In this document: one piece after another, positions 8,532-15,382 of the stretch
Numbering within the stretch: the stretch's first letter is position 1
Layout: every line of letters starts with the position of its first letter
Virus record (IMG/VR): IMGVR_UViG_3300036797_000080
Span: 1 to 43,645 of that record
Source of the DNA: a virus
Lineage: Duplodnaviria; Caudoviricetes
Direction: 5' to 3' (one strand)
DNA length: 43,645 nucleotides
Program-made: the position numbers and the translations under genes
The notes under the pieces: generated by a model
The model's database searches: none
Seen by the model: the letters and a program-made list of their open reading frames with translations, nothing else
What the model was told of the DNA's origin: nothing

Positions 8532-9509
8532 ATGCCGGTATCAGGCGAGCAGCTTTGGCTGTTCGAGTGCGGAGGTGTCGATTTGTCCGCTCTAAGTGAA
8601 CGCAGCGAGGTCCTACAGGCTTTTACACGCGCGCCAGCGACCGTCTATAACTACCAGTCCGACTGGAAGCAATACATCCACTGGTGCAATCTCGCGGGCC
8701 GCAACCCGCTGCCCGCTGAGCCGCAGACGGTTCAGCTTTATGTTACCTGGATGCTCGACACGATCAAGCGGAAGATCACGACAGCCGAACGGCATGTTTC
8801 CGCAATCGCTCATTTCCACCGCCTGGGTGGCTTTGCCTCGCCCGTGAGTCCTCCTCTGCGCCGCACTATCAGGGGCGTGCAGAGAGCCCGGCGTGAAAGG
8901 CCAAAGGGTAAGGCGGCGCTCAATCCCGGCGAGCTGGTCAGGATCGCAAAGAAGTTCGATGCGGGGACAGCGCTCGGTACGAGGGACCGCGCTCTTCTCG
9001 TGCTGGGCTTCGCTACGAGCCTTCGCCGGAACGAGCTGGCGCGGCTGCAGCTTTCAGATATTGTGTTCGAAGCGCGCGGCCTGGCAGTCTTTCTGCGTTA
9101 CTCCAAGCGCGATCAGGAGGGCAAGGGCCGCGTGATAGGAGTATGGGCGGGTCAGCGCGCAACAACAGACCCTGTGCGCGTACTGCGGGCCTGGATCCGA
9201 TATCGGGGCGACTGGCCCGGAGCGCTCTTCTGCAGAGTGCAGACCGGCGACGTGGTCAAGCAGAGGCCGGTTTCGGGCGAAGCTTTGAACGAGGCCGTCA
9301 AGCGTGGCGTTGCGAGCATTGGCCTCGACCCCGACAGTTATGGCACGCATTCCCTTCGCGCCGGGGCAATCACGGCTGCCGCGCGGCTTGGAAGAAGCGA
9401 TCAGGAAATCATGGAATTCTCGGGCCACAAAACAGCGAAGACAATGCGGATGTATGTCCGCAGCGCGAGATTGTTCGAGGGCCGGAATCCGCTCGCCGGT
9501 GTGCTTTGA
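8532..9509 (+). CDS. tyrosine recombinase/integrase, Cre-like (N-terminal core-binding domain, no arm-binding domain)
   Basis: T..NYQSDW..Y..WC N-domain; RDRALLVLGFATSLRRNEL, SKRDQ, HSLRAG, SGH, RMY catalytic set. Confidence 0.93.
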   Translation: MPVSGEQLWLFECGGVDLSALSERSEVLQAFTRAPATVYNYQSDWKQYIHWCNLAGRNPLPAEPQTVQLYVTWMLDTIKRKITTAERHVSAIAHFHRLGGFASPVSPPLRRTIRGVQRARRERPKGKAALNPGELVRIAKKFDAGTALGTRDRALLVLGFATSLRRNELARLQLSDIVFEARGLAVFLRYSKRDQEGKGRVIGVWAGQRATTDPVRVLRAWIRYRGDWPGALFCRVQTGDVVKQRPVSGEALNEAVKRGVASIGLDPDSYGTHSLRAGAITAAARLGRSDQEIMEFSGHKTAKTMRMYVRSARLFEGRNPLAGVL

Positions 9510-9549
9510 TAATTGTGAGCCGGATGCGATTGGACCCGCGATTCGGCTT

Positions 9550-9579
9550 GGCCCGCTCTAACAGGCGGGCCTTTGTGTT
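9550..9579 (+). terminator. intrinsic terminator after the recombinase
   Basis: GGCCCGC-TCTAACAG-GCGGGCC followed by TTTGTGTT, between convergent genes. Confidence 0.6.
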
Positions 9580-9606
9580 AGCGGTGGTTCTGGTGAGGGG
9601 TATCTA

Positions 9607-10152
9607 TTAGTCCACTCCGAAGCAGAATACTGCCTGTCCGTGCTGTCGTCCAAGCGCATACTCTCCGGGAGGAAGTTTCACGGTCAGCTTGACTGAACCT
9701 GTTCCATACCGCGAATATTGCGGTGCGATGACGCCTTCAGCGCCGCGTATCGATACGCCAACCACTGAGCCGCGGATCACAGTAGCCGTCCTGTTCTTAT
9801 GGCCGCTCTTCAGTTGGCGCAGATGATAGAGCGATTCCGGATCCGGATCACCCTCTCCCTGTTTCGGCAGACGCACTACGAATTCGACCTTGCCGGTCTG
9901 GAACCGAACAGGCGAACGCGCCCCGTCAAGTTCCAGATCGCCTTTCGTGTGCGCTGCGAGACCAGCCAACGGCACAAACAGCAGTGGACTTATCTTCACC
10001 TTGACGTTGACCGCCTGACGTTCGAGCGGAATCAGTTTCCCCTGATCCAGCCTGTAAAACACATCTGAGAATTCAGGCTCAACAACTGCCTGCCCCGAGA
10101 GTGCCCCCGCTGCGATCGCTATAAAGCCTGCAAACCGGAATAGCTTGTTCAT
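9607..10152 (-). CDS. secreted/periplasmic protein with signal peptide (181 aa)
   Basis: MNKLFRFAGFIAIAAGALSG|Q signal-like N-terminus; beta-rich body. Confidence 0.75.
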   Translation of the reverse strand: MNKLFRFAGFIAIAAGALSGQAVVEPEFSDVFYRLDQGKLIPLERQAVNVKVKISPLLFVPLAGLAAHTKGDLELDGARSPVRFQTGKVEFVVRLPKQGEGDPDPESLYHLRQLKSGHKNRTATVIRGSVVGVSIRGAEGVIAPQYSRYGTGSVKLTVKLPPGEYALGRQHGQAVFCFGVD

Positions 10153-10233
10153 TGGTCTTCCAGTGTGCAGTCAATACTCCTTCGATTGCCAGTGCTCCGG
10201 TACCAGTTCTCAAAACAACCCGAAGTACTAGGC

Positions 10234-10407
10234 CTATCCGGCTTTCTGATCCGATACGGAATGGATTTCGATCACATGTCCGCGCGTCTCGAGCGCAATC
10301 TTTGCAATTTCGAGCGCGGCGATTTTTTCTTCCAGAGGGAGCTTCGATTTCCCTACGCACTCCACGATTTCATTTGCCAGCCAGAGGATTGAAAGGATTG
10401 CATCCAT
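10234..10407 (-). CDS. hypothetical protein (57 aa)
   Basis: GAGGA SD; MDAILSILWLANEIVECVGKSKLPLEEKIAALEIAKIALE... Confidence 0.55.
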   Translation of the reverse strand: MDAILSILWLANEIVECVGKSKLPLEEKIAALEIAKIALETRGHVIEIHSVSDQKAG

Positions 10408-10473
10408 AATCGGAGTGTCCTCGAATCCGGCCCGGCCTGGTACAGATGAAATCTCTTCGCGAGGCGACGGCCT

Positions 10474-10557
10474 TCATAGGCGCCTGAATACCCAGAACGT
10501 GAACGCGATGTATGCGATGAGGGCTGCTGCGGCTATAACCAGATGTTGCTGACTCAC
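10474..10557 (-). CDS. 27-aa membrane peptide
   Basis: GGAGG SD, GTGA coupling; MSQQHLVIAAAALIAYIAFTFWVFRRL. Confidence 0.5.
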   Translation of the reverse strand: MSQQHLVIAAAALIAYIAFTFWVFRRL

Positions 10558-11066
10558 AGGGACCTCCGGTCGAGACTGATACACAGAGCGTTGGCGAAAC
10601 ATCGGACGTCCTCTCCGGTGAAGACAATCGCGAGTCCCTGTTTCCGGGCATATTCCTGCGCCTCGACGGCCGCGTCAACAGCAACACAGAGAGCTCCCAG
10701 CAATCTTGCCTGGGCTGTCATGGGAGCTGTCGTGGGAGCTGTCATGGGACCATTCGAGTGACGTAACTTCTCCAGTGGCTCAGGCGCGGCCGCCTGAACT
10801 GCCAGCGCCGCTCCGTTGAGTCCCGGGGCGGCGACCTTTTCGACTTTCCACTGCTTCTCGCCGGCGATCCTGTTAAATCCCAGCCGGAACCGTTCGCCCT
10901 TCTGGATCTCCGCCTCGATCCTGACTGCGACCGGTTCATCGACATAAAACACCCGCTCGTCCGTGGTCGAGAACAGCGCGCGTTCGCCGTAACGCTTGCC
11001 CTTTGCAAACTGCAGGGCCACTTCGACCAGCTCGCCAGGCTGAAAGGAAATCTGGGTGCGGGCCAT
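10554..11066 (-). CDS. hypothetical protein (beta-rich N-domain, linker, helical C-domain); possibly ssDNA-binding
   Basis: GGAGGG SD; the architecture is suggestive only; 3x12-bp repeat at 10714-10749 in the linker. Confidence 0.7.
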   Translation of the reverse strand: MARTQISFQPGELVEVALQFAKGKRYGERALFSTTDERVFYVDEPVAVRIEAEIQKGERFRLGFNRIAGEKQWKVEKVAAPGLNGAALAVQAAAPEPLEKLRHSNGPMTAPTTAPMTAQARLLGALCVAVDAAVEAQEYARKQGLAIVFTGEDVRCFANALCISLDRRSL

Positions 11067-11067
11067 C

Positions 11068-11211
11068 TTACTTACCCTCCGCAATCAGCAGTTCGAGCGT
11101 ATAGGCGTCCGTGCGCGGGTGGATGCCGTCGTCGTAGCGCTGGTCTTTCTCGATGGCTTCGATGGCGTCATATGCGGATTCAGCGTCACGGATGGATTCG
11201 TTTTCGTTCAT
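11068..11211 (-). CDS. acidic hypothetical protein (47 aa), first gene of a leftward operon
   Basis: GAGAGGA SD; MNENESIRDAESAYDAIEAIEKDQRYDDG... Confidence 0.65.
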   Translation of the reverse strand: MNENESIRDAESAYDAIEAIEKDQRYDDGIHPRTDAYTLELLIAEGK

Positions 11212-11236
11212 GGGACTTCCTCTCTTTAATAGAACC

Positions 11237-11293
11237 ATCATAACCTGTAGCGCTTATGGTTGTCAAGAAGCGCTTATGGTTTTGTGGTAATCT
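11237..11293. promoter_or_regulatory. divergent promoters with two tandem AGCGCTTATGGTT operator-like repeats
   Basis: Leftward TTGACA (11266-11261)...TATGAT; rightward extended -10 TG-G-TAATCT (11285-11293); repeats at 11249-11261 and 11269-11281. Confidence 0.7.
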
Positions 11294-11301
11294 TTTCTCT
11301 G

Positions 11302-11472
11302 ATGGCGAAACGAAAGAATGCGGCGGCTGTCGCACTCGGAAAACTCGGAGGAGCCGCACGGGTTCCGAAGGGGATATCGATGCTGAGCGAGGAGGAGCGG
11401 CGCGCGATTGCCATGAAGGGCGTCGCGGCCCGGATCAAAAAGGCGGGAGGGAAAAAGAAAAAGATCCCATAA
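11302..11472 (+). CDS. 56-aa basic protein (AAVALGKLGG.AR...LS.EERRAIA.K family), putative DNA-binding regulator, leaderless
   Basis: MAKRKNAAAVALGKLGGAARVPKGISMLSEEERRAIAMKGVAARIKK; ATG 8 nt after the -10 box. Confidence 0.8.
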   Translation: MAKRKNAAAVALGKLGGAARVPKGISMLSEEERRAIAMKGVAARIKKAGGKKKKIP

Positions 11473-11494
11473 CCATAAGCGGTAATGGTATAAT
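11471..11494 (+). promoter_or_regulatory. hicAB promoter (extended -10 TG-G-TATAAT) with an inverted third operator copy AACCATAAGCG
   Basis: 11471-11481 is the reverse complement of CGCTTATGGTT; TATAAT at 11489-11494, 6 nt before the GTG. Confidence 0.7.
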
Positions 11495-11500
11495 GGGGTT

Positions 11501-11698
11501 GTGAAAGTCAGGGACGTTATTGCGGAGATTGAAAACGACGGCTGGCGGTTTCACAGTCAGAAGGGTAGTCATCGCCAGTTCGTTCATCCGACGAAGGCAG
11601 GACGCGTTACGGTAGCCGGAAAGCCCGGCGAAGACATGCACCCGAAAACGGTGGCAACCGTGTTTCGGCAGGCACAGATAGACAAACCGAGGAGGTGA
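11501..11698 (+). CDS. hicA: HicA family toxin (mRNA interferase)
   Basis: MKVRDVI..IENDGW....KGSHRQFVHPTKAGRVTVAG. Confidence 0.95.
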   Translation: MKVRDVIAEIENDGWRFHSQKGSHRQFVHPTKAGRVTVAGKPGEDMHPKTVATVFRQAQIDKPRR

Positions 11699-11704
11699 AC
11701 AGCA

Positions 11705-11917
11705 ATGAAATATGCCATCGTGATCGAAAAAGTACCCGGCAGCAACTATTCCGCTTATGTGCCGGACCTTCCGGGATGCGTGGCCACCGGCGAGACGCTC
11801 GAAGAGATCACGCGTTTGATGCGGGAGGGAATCGAGTTTCACCTGGAGGGGATGCGGGAAGACGGCATTCCCGTGCCGGAGCCGCAGACGGAAGTGGCTT
11901 ACGCCGAAGTGGCGTAG
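11705..11917 (+). CDS. hicB: HicB family antitoxin (short form, no DNA-binding domain)
   Basis: YAIVIEK..YSAYVPDLPGCVATGETLEE...EGI.FHLEGMREDGIPVPEP; 70 aa. Confidence 0.95.
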   Translation: MKYAIVIEKVPGSNYSAYVPDLPGCVATGETLEEITRLMREGIEFHLEGMREDGIPVPEPQTEVAYAEVA

Positions 11918-11928
11918 ATTACGCGGGT

Positions 11929-12126
11929 ATGACGATGTGGGAGTACAAATTCGAAAGTTTCGACGTATCGGACGAAATGCTGCACACCCAGGTCCGGAAA
12001 TGCCTCTCGGCGCTGGGTTATGACGGCTGGGAACTGTGCGGCACGTTTCCCGAGCGGGACCGGGACCGATACATGCTGATCTTCAAACGCGCCACCCACC
12101 CGCGTATGCGCGATGCCATCGGGTGA
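11929..12126 (+). CDS. DUF4177-like small protein
   Basis: WEYK...L..LG.DGWEL...LIFKR pattern. Confidence 0.8.
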   Translation: MTMWEYKFESFDVSDEMLHTQVRKCLSALGYDGWELCGTFPERDRDRYMLIFKRATHPRMRDAIG

Positions 12127-12179
12127 TGCTACTACTGGTGACGCGACCCTGATCGATGCATGATAAGTAGCATCATCCG

Positions 12180-12371
12180 ATGCCGGTTCGCAGCCCCTTC
12201 TTCGAACGTTCGCTCCTGTCCGATCAGGAAATGCTCGAAGCCGAAATCTGGGCCGATATCGCCGTATCCCGGGTAAAGACAGGAGAACCGCCGATCCTGT
12301 TTGAGCCAGGGCAAGACTGGATGGAATGGGCCTACTCGCTCGGCGAACGGGAAGCGCTCACGCTGAGATGA
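12180..12371 (+). CDS. hypothetical protein (63 aa)
   Basis: TAGCAT -10 just upstream (leaderless); ends inside the 33-bp repeat. Confidence 0.6.
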   Translation: MPVRSPFFERSLLSDQEMLEAEIWADIAVSRVKTGEPPILFEPGQDWMEWAYSLGEREALTLR

Positions 12372-12380
12372 CGTTCTCTC
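12348..12380 (+). repeat. 33-bp direct repeat, copy 1
   Basis: CGGGAAGCGCTCACGCTGAGATGACGTTCTCTC. Confidence 0.95.
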
Positions 12381-12871
12381 ACTACTCGGCTTTCGAGATC
12401 TCGCGGATAGATTCGGTTGCACAGGTCGAATGGACTGAGCCGTATCCCGGTCTGACTTACCGCTTCGAAAAGCCGAAGGGGATCTGGCTTTCCGTTGATG
12501 GCGCCGACGATTGGCCGCAGTTTTGTAAAGATGCGGACTTCCGCCTGAACATGCTCAAGGTCCGGCACATCGTTACACTCCGGCCGGACGCCCGGATTCT
12601 GAAGCTCTCCACTGCCAACGATATTTACGATTTCACGCGCCGATACGACGCTCGTCTGGATCGCATTCCCGTGATCGACTGGCGGCGGGTGGCATCCGAG
12701 TGGCAGGGCATTGTCATCGCGCCCTACATTTACGAGTGCCGTATGGAAATGGCGACGTCTTGGTATTACCCCTGGGACTGCGCGAGCGGAGTCATCTGGG
12801 ACGCTGCAGCCGTGGAAAGCATTGCCGTGGATCGGAGCTGGTCCCGGCGGGAAGCGCTCACGCTGAGATGA
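12368..12871 (+). CDS. uncharacterised 167-aa protein (KPxGxWxS...WDCxSGxIW), possibly ADP-ribosyltransferase-like fold
   Basis: Start lies in repeat copy 1 and stop in copy 2; the fold assignment is inference only. Confidence 0.75.
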   Translation: MTFSHYSAFEISRIDSVAQVEWTEPYPGLTYRFEKPKGIWLSVDGADDWPQFCKDADFRLNMLKVRHIVTLRPDARILKLSTANDIYDFTRRYDARLDRIPVIDWRRVASEWQGIVIAPYIYECRMEMATSWYYPWDCASGVIWDAAAVESIAVDRSWSRREALTLR

Positions 12872-12880
12872 CGTTCTCTC
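12848..12880 (+). repeat. 33-bp direct repeat, copy 2
   Basis: Identical to 12348-12380, exactly 500 bp downstream. Confidence 0.95.
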
Positions 12881-12886
12881 TATAAA

Positions 12887-13162
12887 TTAGGGCTCGATTT
12901 TCAGGCTGACGTTCTGATAACAGCCGGCCCGCGTGTCGTAGTTCTCCCATCCGATGTGTCCGTAAGCGCTGACGGTAACGGTCTTATCAGGCCCGAACGT
13001 CTCCAGTGTCTGCCAGATCGTCTCACGGATCCTGCGGACCGTCTCTTTTTCGCCTTCATCCGCTAATCCTGCCGAACCTTCGGCCAGCGGGTTTGCGAAT
13101 TGCTTCTCCAGTTCTGCTTTTACGACGTCGCTTTTTCCCGATGCGCTGACACTCCATGACAT
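12887..13162 (-). CDS. hypothetical protein (91 aa)
   Basis: GAGGAG SD; MSWSVSASGK...VTVSAYGH. Confidence 0.75.
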   Translation of the reverse strand: MSWSVSASGKSDVVKAELEKQFANPLAEGSAGLADEGEKETVRRIRETIWQTLETFGPDKTVTVSAYGHIGWENYDTRAGCYQNVSLKIEP

Positions 13163-13176
13163 TTAAGTCTGTCTCC

Positions 13177-13584
13177 TCACGCCGCGACCGGTGCCGCCGG
13201 AATGGTCGCCGCGGCTGTAGCCAGCGCGGCCGACTGCGCGGCAATCTGATCGAGCAGGGCCTGATCGGCTGAGCTCAGCGTTCCGTTTGAATTCTGGAGG
13301 TCCTGAATCTTCTGATCGAGCGCCTGGACGCCGGTAGCGATCGTGGCAAGTGTGGCCGATTCTTTGGCGGCCCAGTCGGAAATTGCGGACATAGTTTGTT
13401 CTTCTCCTTTGGTAACGGTTGCGGTAAGCGATAAGAGCGACGTTTCGATCGAAGTCAGGCGCGAGCTGGTTGCGGTAAGCGATAAGAGCGACGTTTCGAT
13501 CGAAGTCAGGCGCGAGCTGAAAAGGTTCAGGCGCGCGCTGATAACGACATATTGGGCATAGACTGCGCTCGCCGTGATGAACAT
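13177..13584 (-). CDS. coiled-coil protein with likely second in-frame start at 13392
   Basis: Internal AAAGGAG SD before MSAISDWAAK; Ala/Gln-rich heptads. Confidence 0.7.
   Translation of the reverse strand: MFITASAVYAQYVVISARLNLFSSRLTSIETSLLSLTATSSRLTSIETSLLSLTATVTKGEEQTMSAISDWAAKESATLATIATGVQALDQKIQDLQNSNGTLSSADQALLDQIAAQSAALATAAATIPAAPVAA
13417..13518. repeat. perfect 2 x 51-bp in-frame tandem duplication
   Basis: 13417-13467 = 13468-13518; encodes SSRLTSIETSLLSLTAT twice. Confidence 0.95.
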
Positions 13585-13658
13585 CGCTTAAGCAACTCTA
13601 CCCCGCCAATCATGAAAAGTGTTTGCTTAGTCATGAAAATCACATATTCTGTTGTCAT

Positions 13659-13970
13659 ATGTCGCAAACAGAACAACCGCGAACGTATCAGCAAACCACC
13701 CGGATAATCGGCCAGCAGGTCCTGTACACCCTGCCATCGGGCGAGAACCGGCCGGCGATCATCGTGAGAGCGCTTAGTCCCGAAACGGTGGATCTGAGGC
13801 TCTTCTGTCTCAACGAGGACGCGATCCACTTCGGCGGCACCGGCGCGGATAACTACTTCAATGCCGGTTATCCCCAGATGCTTGCAGTCAACCGCGCCGA
13901 GACGCCGACGGCGATGACGTGGCACTTTCGGACCATCGGACTGGCCGCGGGAAGTTCCAACACATCGTAA
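13659..13970 (+). CDS. hypothetical phage protein (103 aa), leaderless
   Basis: IGQQVLY...RPAIIVR...VDLRLF; TTGCTT..TATTCT promoter ends 8 nt before the ATG. Confidence 0.7.
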   Translation: MSQTEQPRTYQQTTRIIGQQVLYTLPSGENRPAIIVRALSPETVDLRLFCLNEDAIHFGGTGADNYFNAGYPQMLAVNRAETPTAMTWHFRTIGLAAGSSNTS

Positions 13971-13988
13971 TTCCCGGGCCTTTAACGC

Positions 13989-14018
13989 AAAAAGGGCCGC
14001 TCAATTTCGAGCGGCCCT
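13989..14018 (-). terminator. intrinsic terminator ending the late (minus-strand) transcript
   Basis: Minus strand AGGGCCGCTC-GAAATT-GAGCGGCCCT followed by TTTT. Confidence 0.75.
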
Positions 14019-14124
14019 GGCAGTAAATGTCTAAATGTCTGCACTCCGATGGCACAAAAAACCCTTAAAAAACGGTTTTGAAGGTGAAGGCGTGAAGGCA
14101 GGTGAAGGCGTTTCCTAGAGTTTT

Positions 14125-14379
14125 TTATTTCAGAAACACCCGGATCAATGCGCTCGTCACTGCCGAGAGCGCGAATGCGCCGCCGTAGAGTTTGGCCCGC
14201 GAGAGCTGCAGGCTGTCGATGTCGTCCCTGATGGTCTTCACCTCGAGCGCATGGGCGACCTCCCGCCGGTTCCACTCGATACGATCGTTGTCCATGCTGT
14301 TACCAATGTTTCTCACCCGCTCATCGAGCGTGGCGAGCAGGACCCGGATCTGGTTGATGTCGGTGGCTAGATCGGTCAC
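14125..14379 (-). CDS. holin-like / XhlA-like protein (coiled coil plus C-terminal TM helix)
   Basis: AGGAG SD, GTGA coupling; ...AKLYGGAFALSAVTSALIRVFLK. Confidence 0.6.
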   Translation of the reverse strand: MTDLATDINQIRVLLATLDERVRNIGNSMDNDRIEWNRREVAHALEVKTIRDDIDSLQLSRAKLYGGAFALSAVTSALIRVFLK

Positions 14380-14774
14380 GTCACTCTCCTGCGCGAGGAG
14401 AACAGGAGCATGAGCAGGGTGACCTCGAAGAAGTGCAGGCAGGCCGTAATGCACTGCAGCCGGCGGGAATTGTTGGCGCGGTCGGCCTGGTCCTTGGCTG
14501 CCTTATCCTGCCCGGCAAGGCGCAGCAGCCGTCTTTGGTCGGACGCATCGGCAAGCTTCAGCAGATGAGTGATGGCATCCATCTGGGTCATCGTTTCGGC
14601 GTGCCTCAGTTCGCCCACCACGCTCGCGTGCGGCGTCGCGTCCTCGAGCACGTTGATCCGCTGCCGCAGCTCGCGGATGATCAGTTGATCGGGAGTCGGA
14701 GGCAGTGTGGCCGCGAAGGCGTTTAGACAGCAGAGGCAGGCGCAGACCAGCAGCCATTTCAGATTGGTATTCAT
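14376..14774 (-). CDS. signal-peptide, coiled-coil, C-terminal hydrophobic protein (possible spanin-like lysis accessory)
   Basis: MNTNLKWLLVCACLCCLNAFA N-terminus; hydrophobic C-terminus; position at the end of the late operon. Confidence 0.55.
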   Translation of the reverse strand: MNTNLKWLLVCACLCCLNAFAATLPPTPDQLIIRELRQRINVLEDATPHASVVGELRHAETMTQMDAITHLLKLADASDQRRLLRLAGQDKAAKDQADRANNSRRLQCITACLHFFEVTLLMLLFSSRRRVT

Positions 14775-14819
14775 TCGGTTTTCCTGGACGGGTTCTGAAC
14801 CCGTCAGCCCATCAGGAAA

Positions 14820-15053
14820 TTAAGAGACGTGTGGCTGAACGGCAAGCTCCTGCGCCAGTGCTCCGGCCAGCGCCTGCGCGACCGGGGTAGCCGCGGCGAG
14901 GACCGCCTGCCCGGTGCCTGCAGGAACGAAAGGTGCGGCAACCGCGGGCGCCAAAGTCAGCGCGGCAATGCCGAGCCGCTCGAGGAGCGCAAGCAGAAGG
15001 TGCAGTTTGGCATGGTCCTGCGCGGTGGGTGGTGCCGTTGGTGGTGTGGACAT
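14820..15053 (-). CDS. small hydrophobic protein (possible holin)
   Basis: AGGAG SD; LHLLLALLERLGIAALTLAPAVAAPFV... Confidence 0.55.
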   Translation of the reverse strand: MSTPPTAPPTAQDHAKLHLLLALLERLGIAALTLAPAVAAPFVPAGTGQAVLAAATPVAQALAGALAQELAVQPHVS

Positions 15054-15070
15054 AAGATTCTCCTGAGAGC

Positions 15071-15382
15071 TCAGAACGAGTTGCTGTATCCGCCCGGGCC
15101 GATCCGCGCCCAGTGGTTGGTCGCATAGCACCAGTAGTAATTGCCGGATGAGTCATAGGCGATCTGCCCGGTAACCCCCGTGCTTGTGGCAATCGCCGGG
15201 GTCGGGGACCAGGTGAGAAGCTGCAATCCGTTGCCGGTTCTGGCCGCGACCCGGATCTGGTCGAAGTCGATATTTCCCCGCGCTGTCGCTGGTATCGGTA
15301 TCGATGCCGCGCCGCTCGCGAACGGCCGCACCAGCGGGTTGAGCCCGACGAACTGCTGATCCAGCCCCCAGATGAGAATCAT
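15071..15382 (-). CDS. small tail-fibre-associated protein
   Basis: RGNIDFDQIR motif; STGVTGQIAYD..YYWCYATNHWAR tip-like segment. Confidence 0.7.
   Translation of the reverse strand: MILIWGLDQQFVGLNPLVRPFASGAASIPIPATARGNIDFDQIRVAARTGNGLQLLTWSPTPAIATSTGVTGQIAYDSSGNYYWCYATNHWARIGPGGYSNSF

Noticed and set aside
9511-9531. AATTGTGAGCCGGATGCGATT resembles the lac operator
   Set aside because: Only the left half matches, with an insertion; no vector context; treated as chance
10714-10749. 3x12-bp repeat (PMTA/PTTA/PMTA) as a regulatory array
   Set aside because: In-frame within a low-complexity linker; most simply slippage
12348-13518. 33-bp and 51-bp repeats as a CRISPR array or integron attC sites
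   Set aside because: Only two copies each, a 467-bp or zero spacer, no cas genes, and no RYYYAAC/GTTRRRY attC boxes
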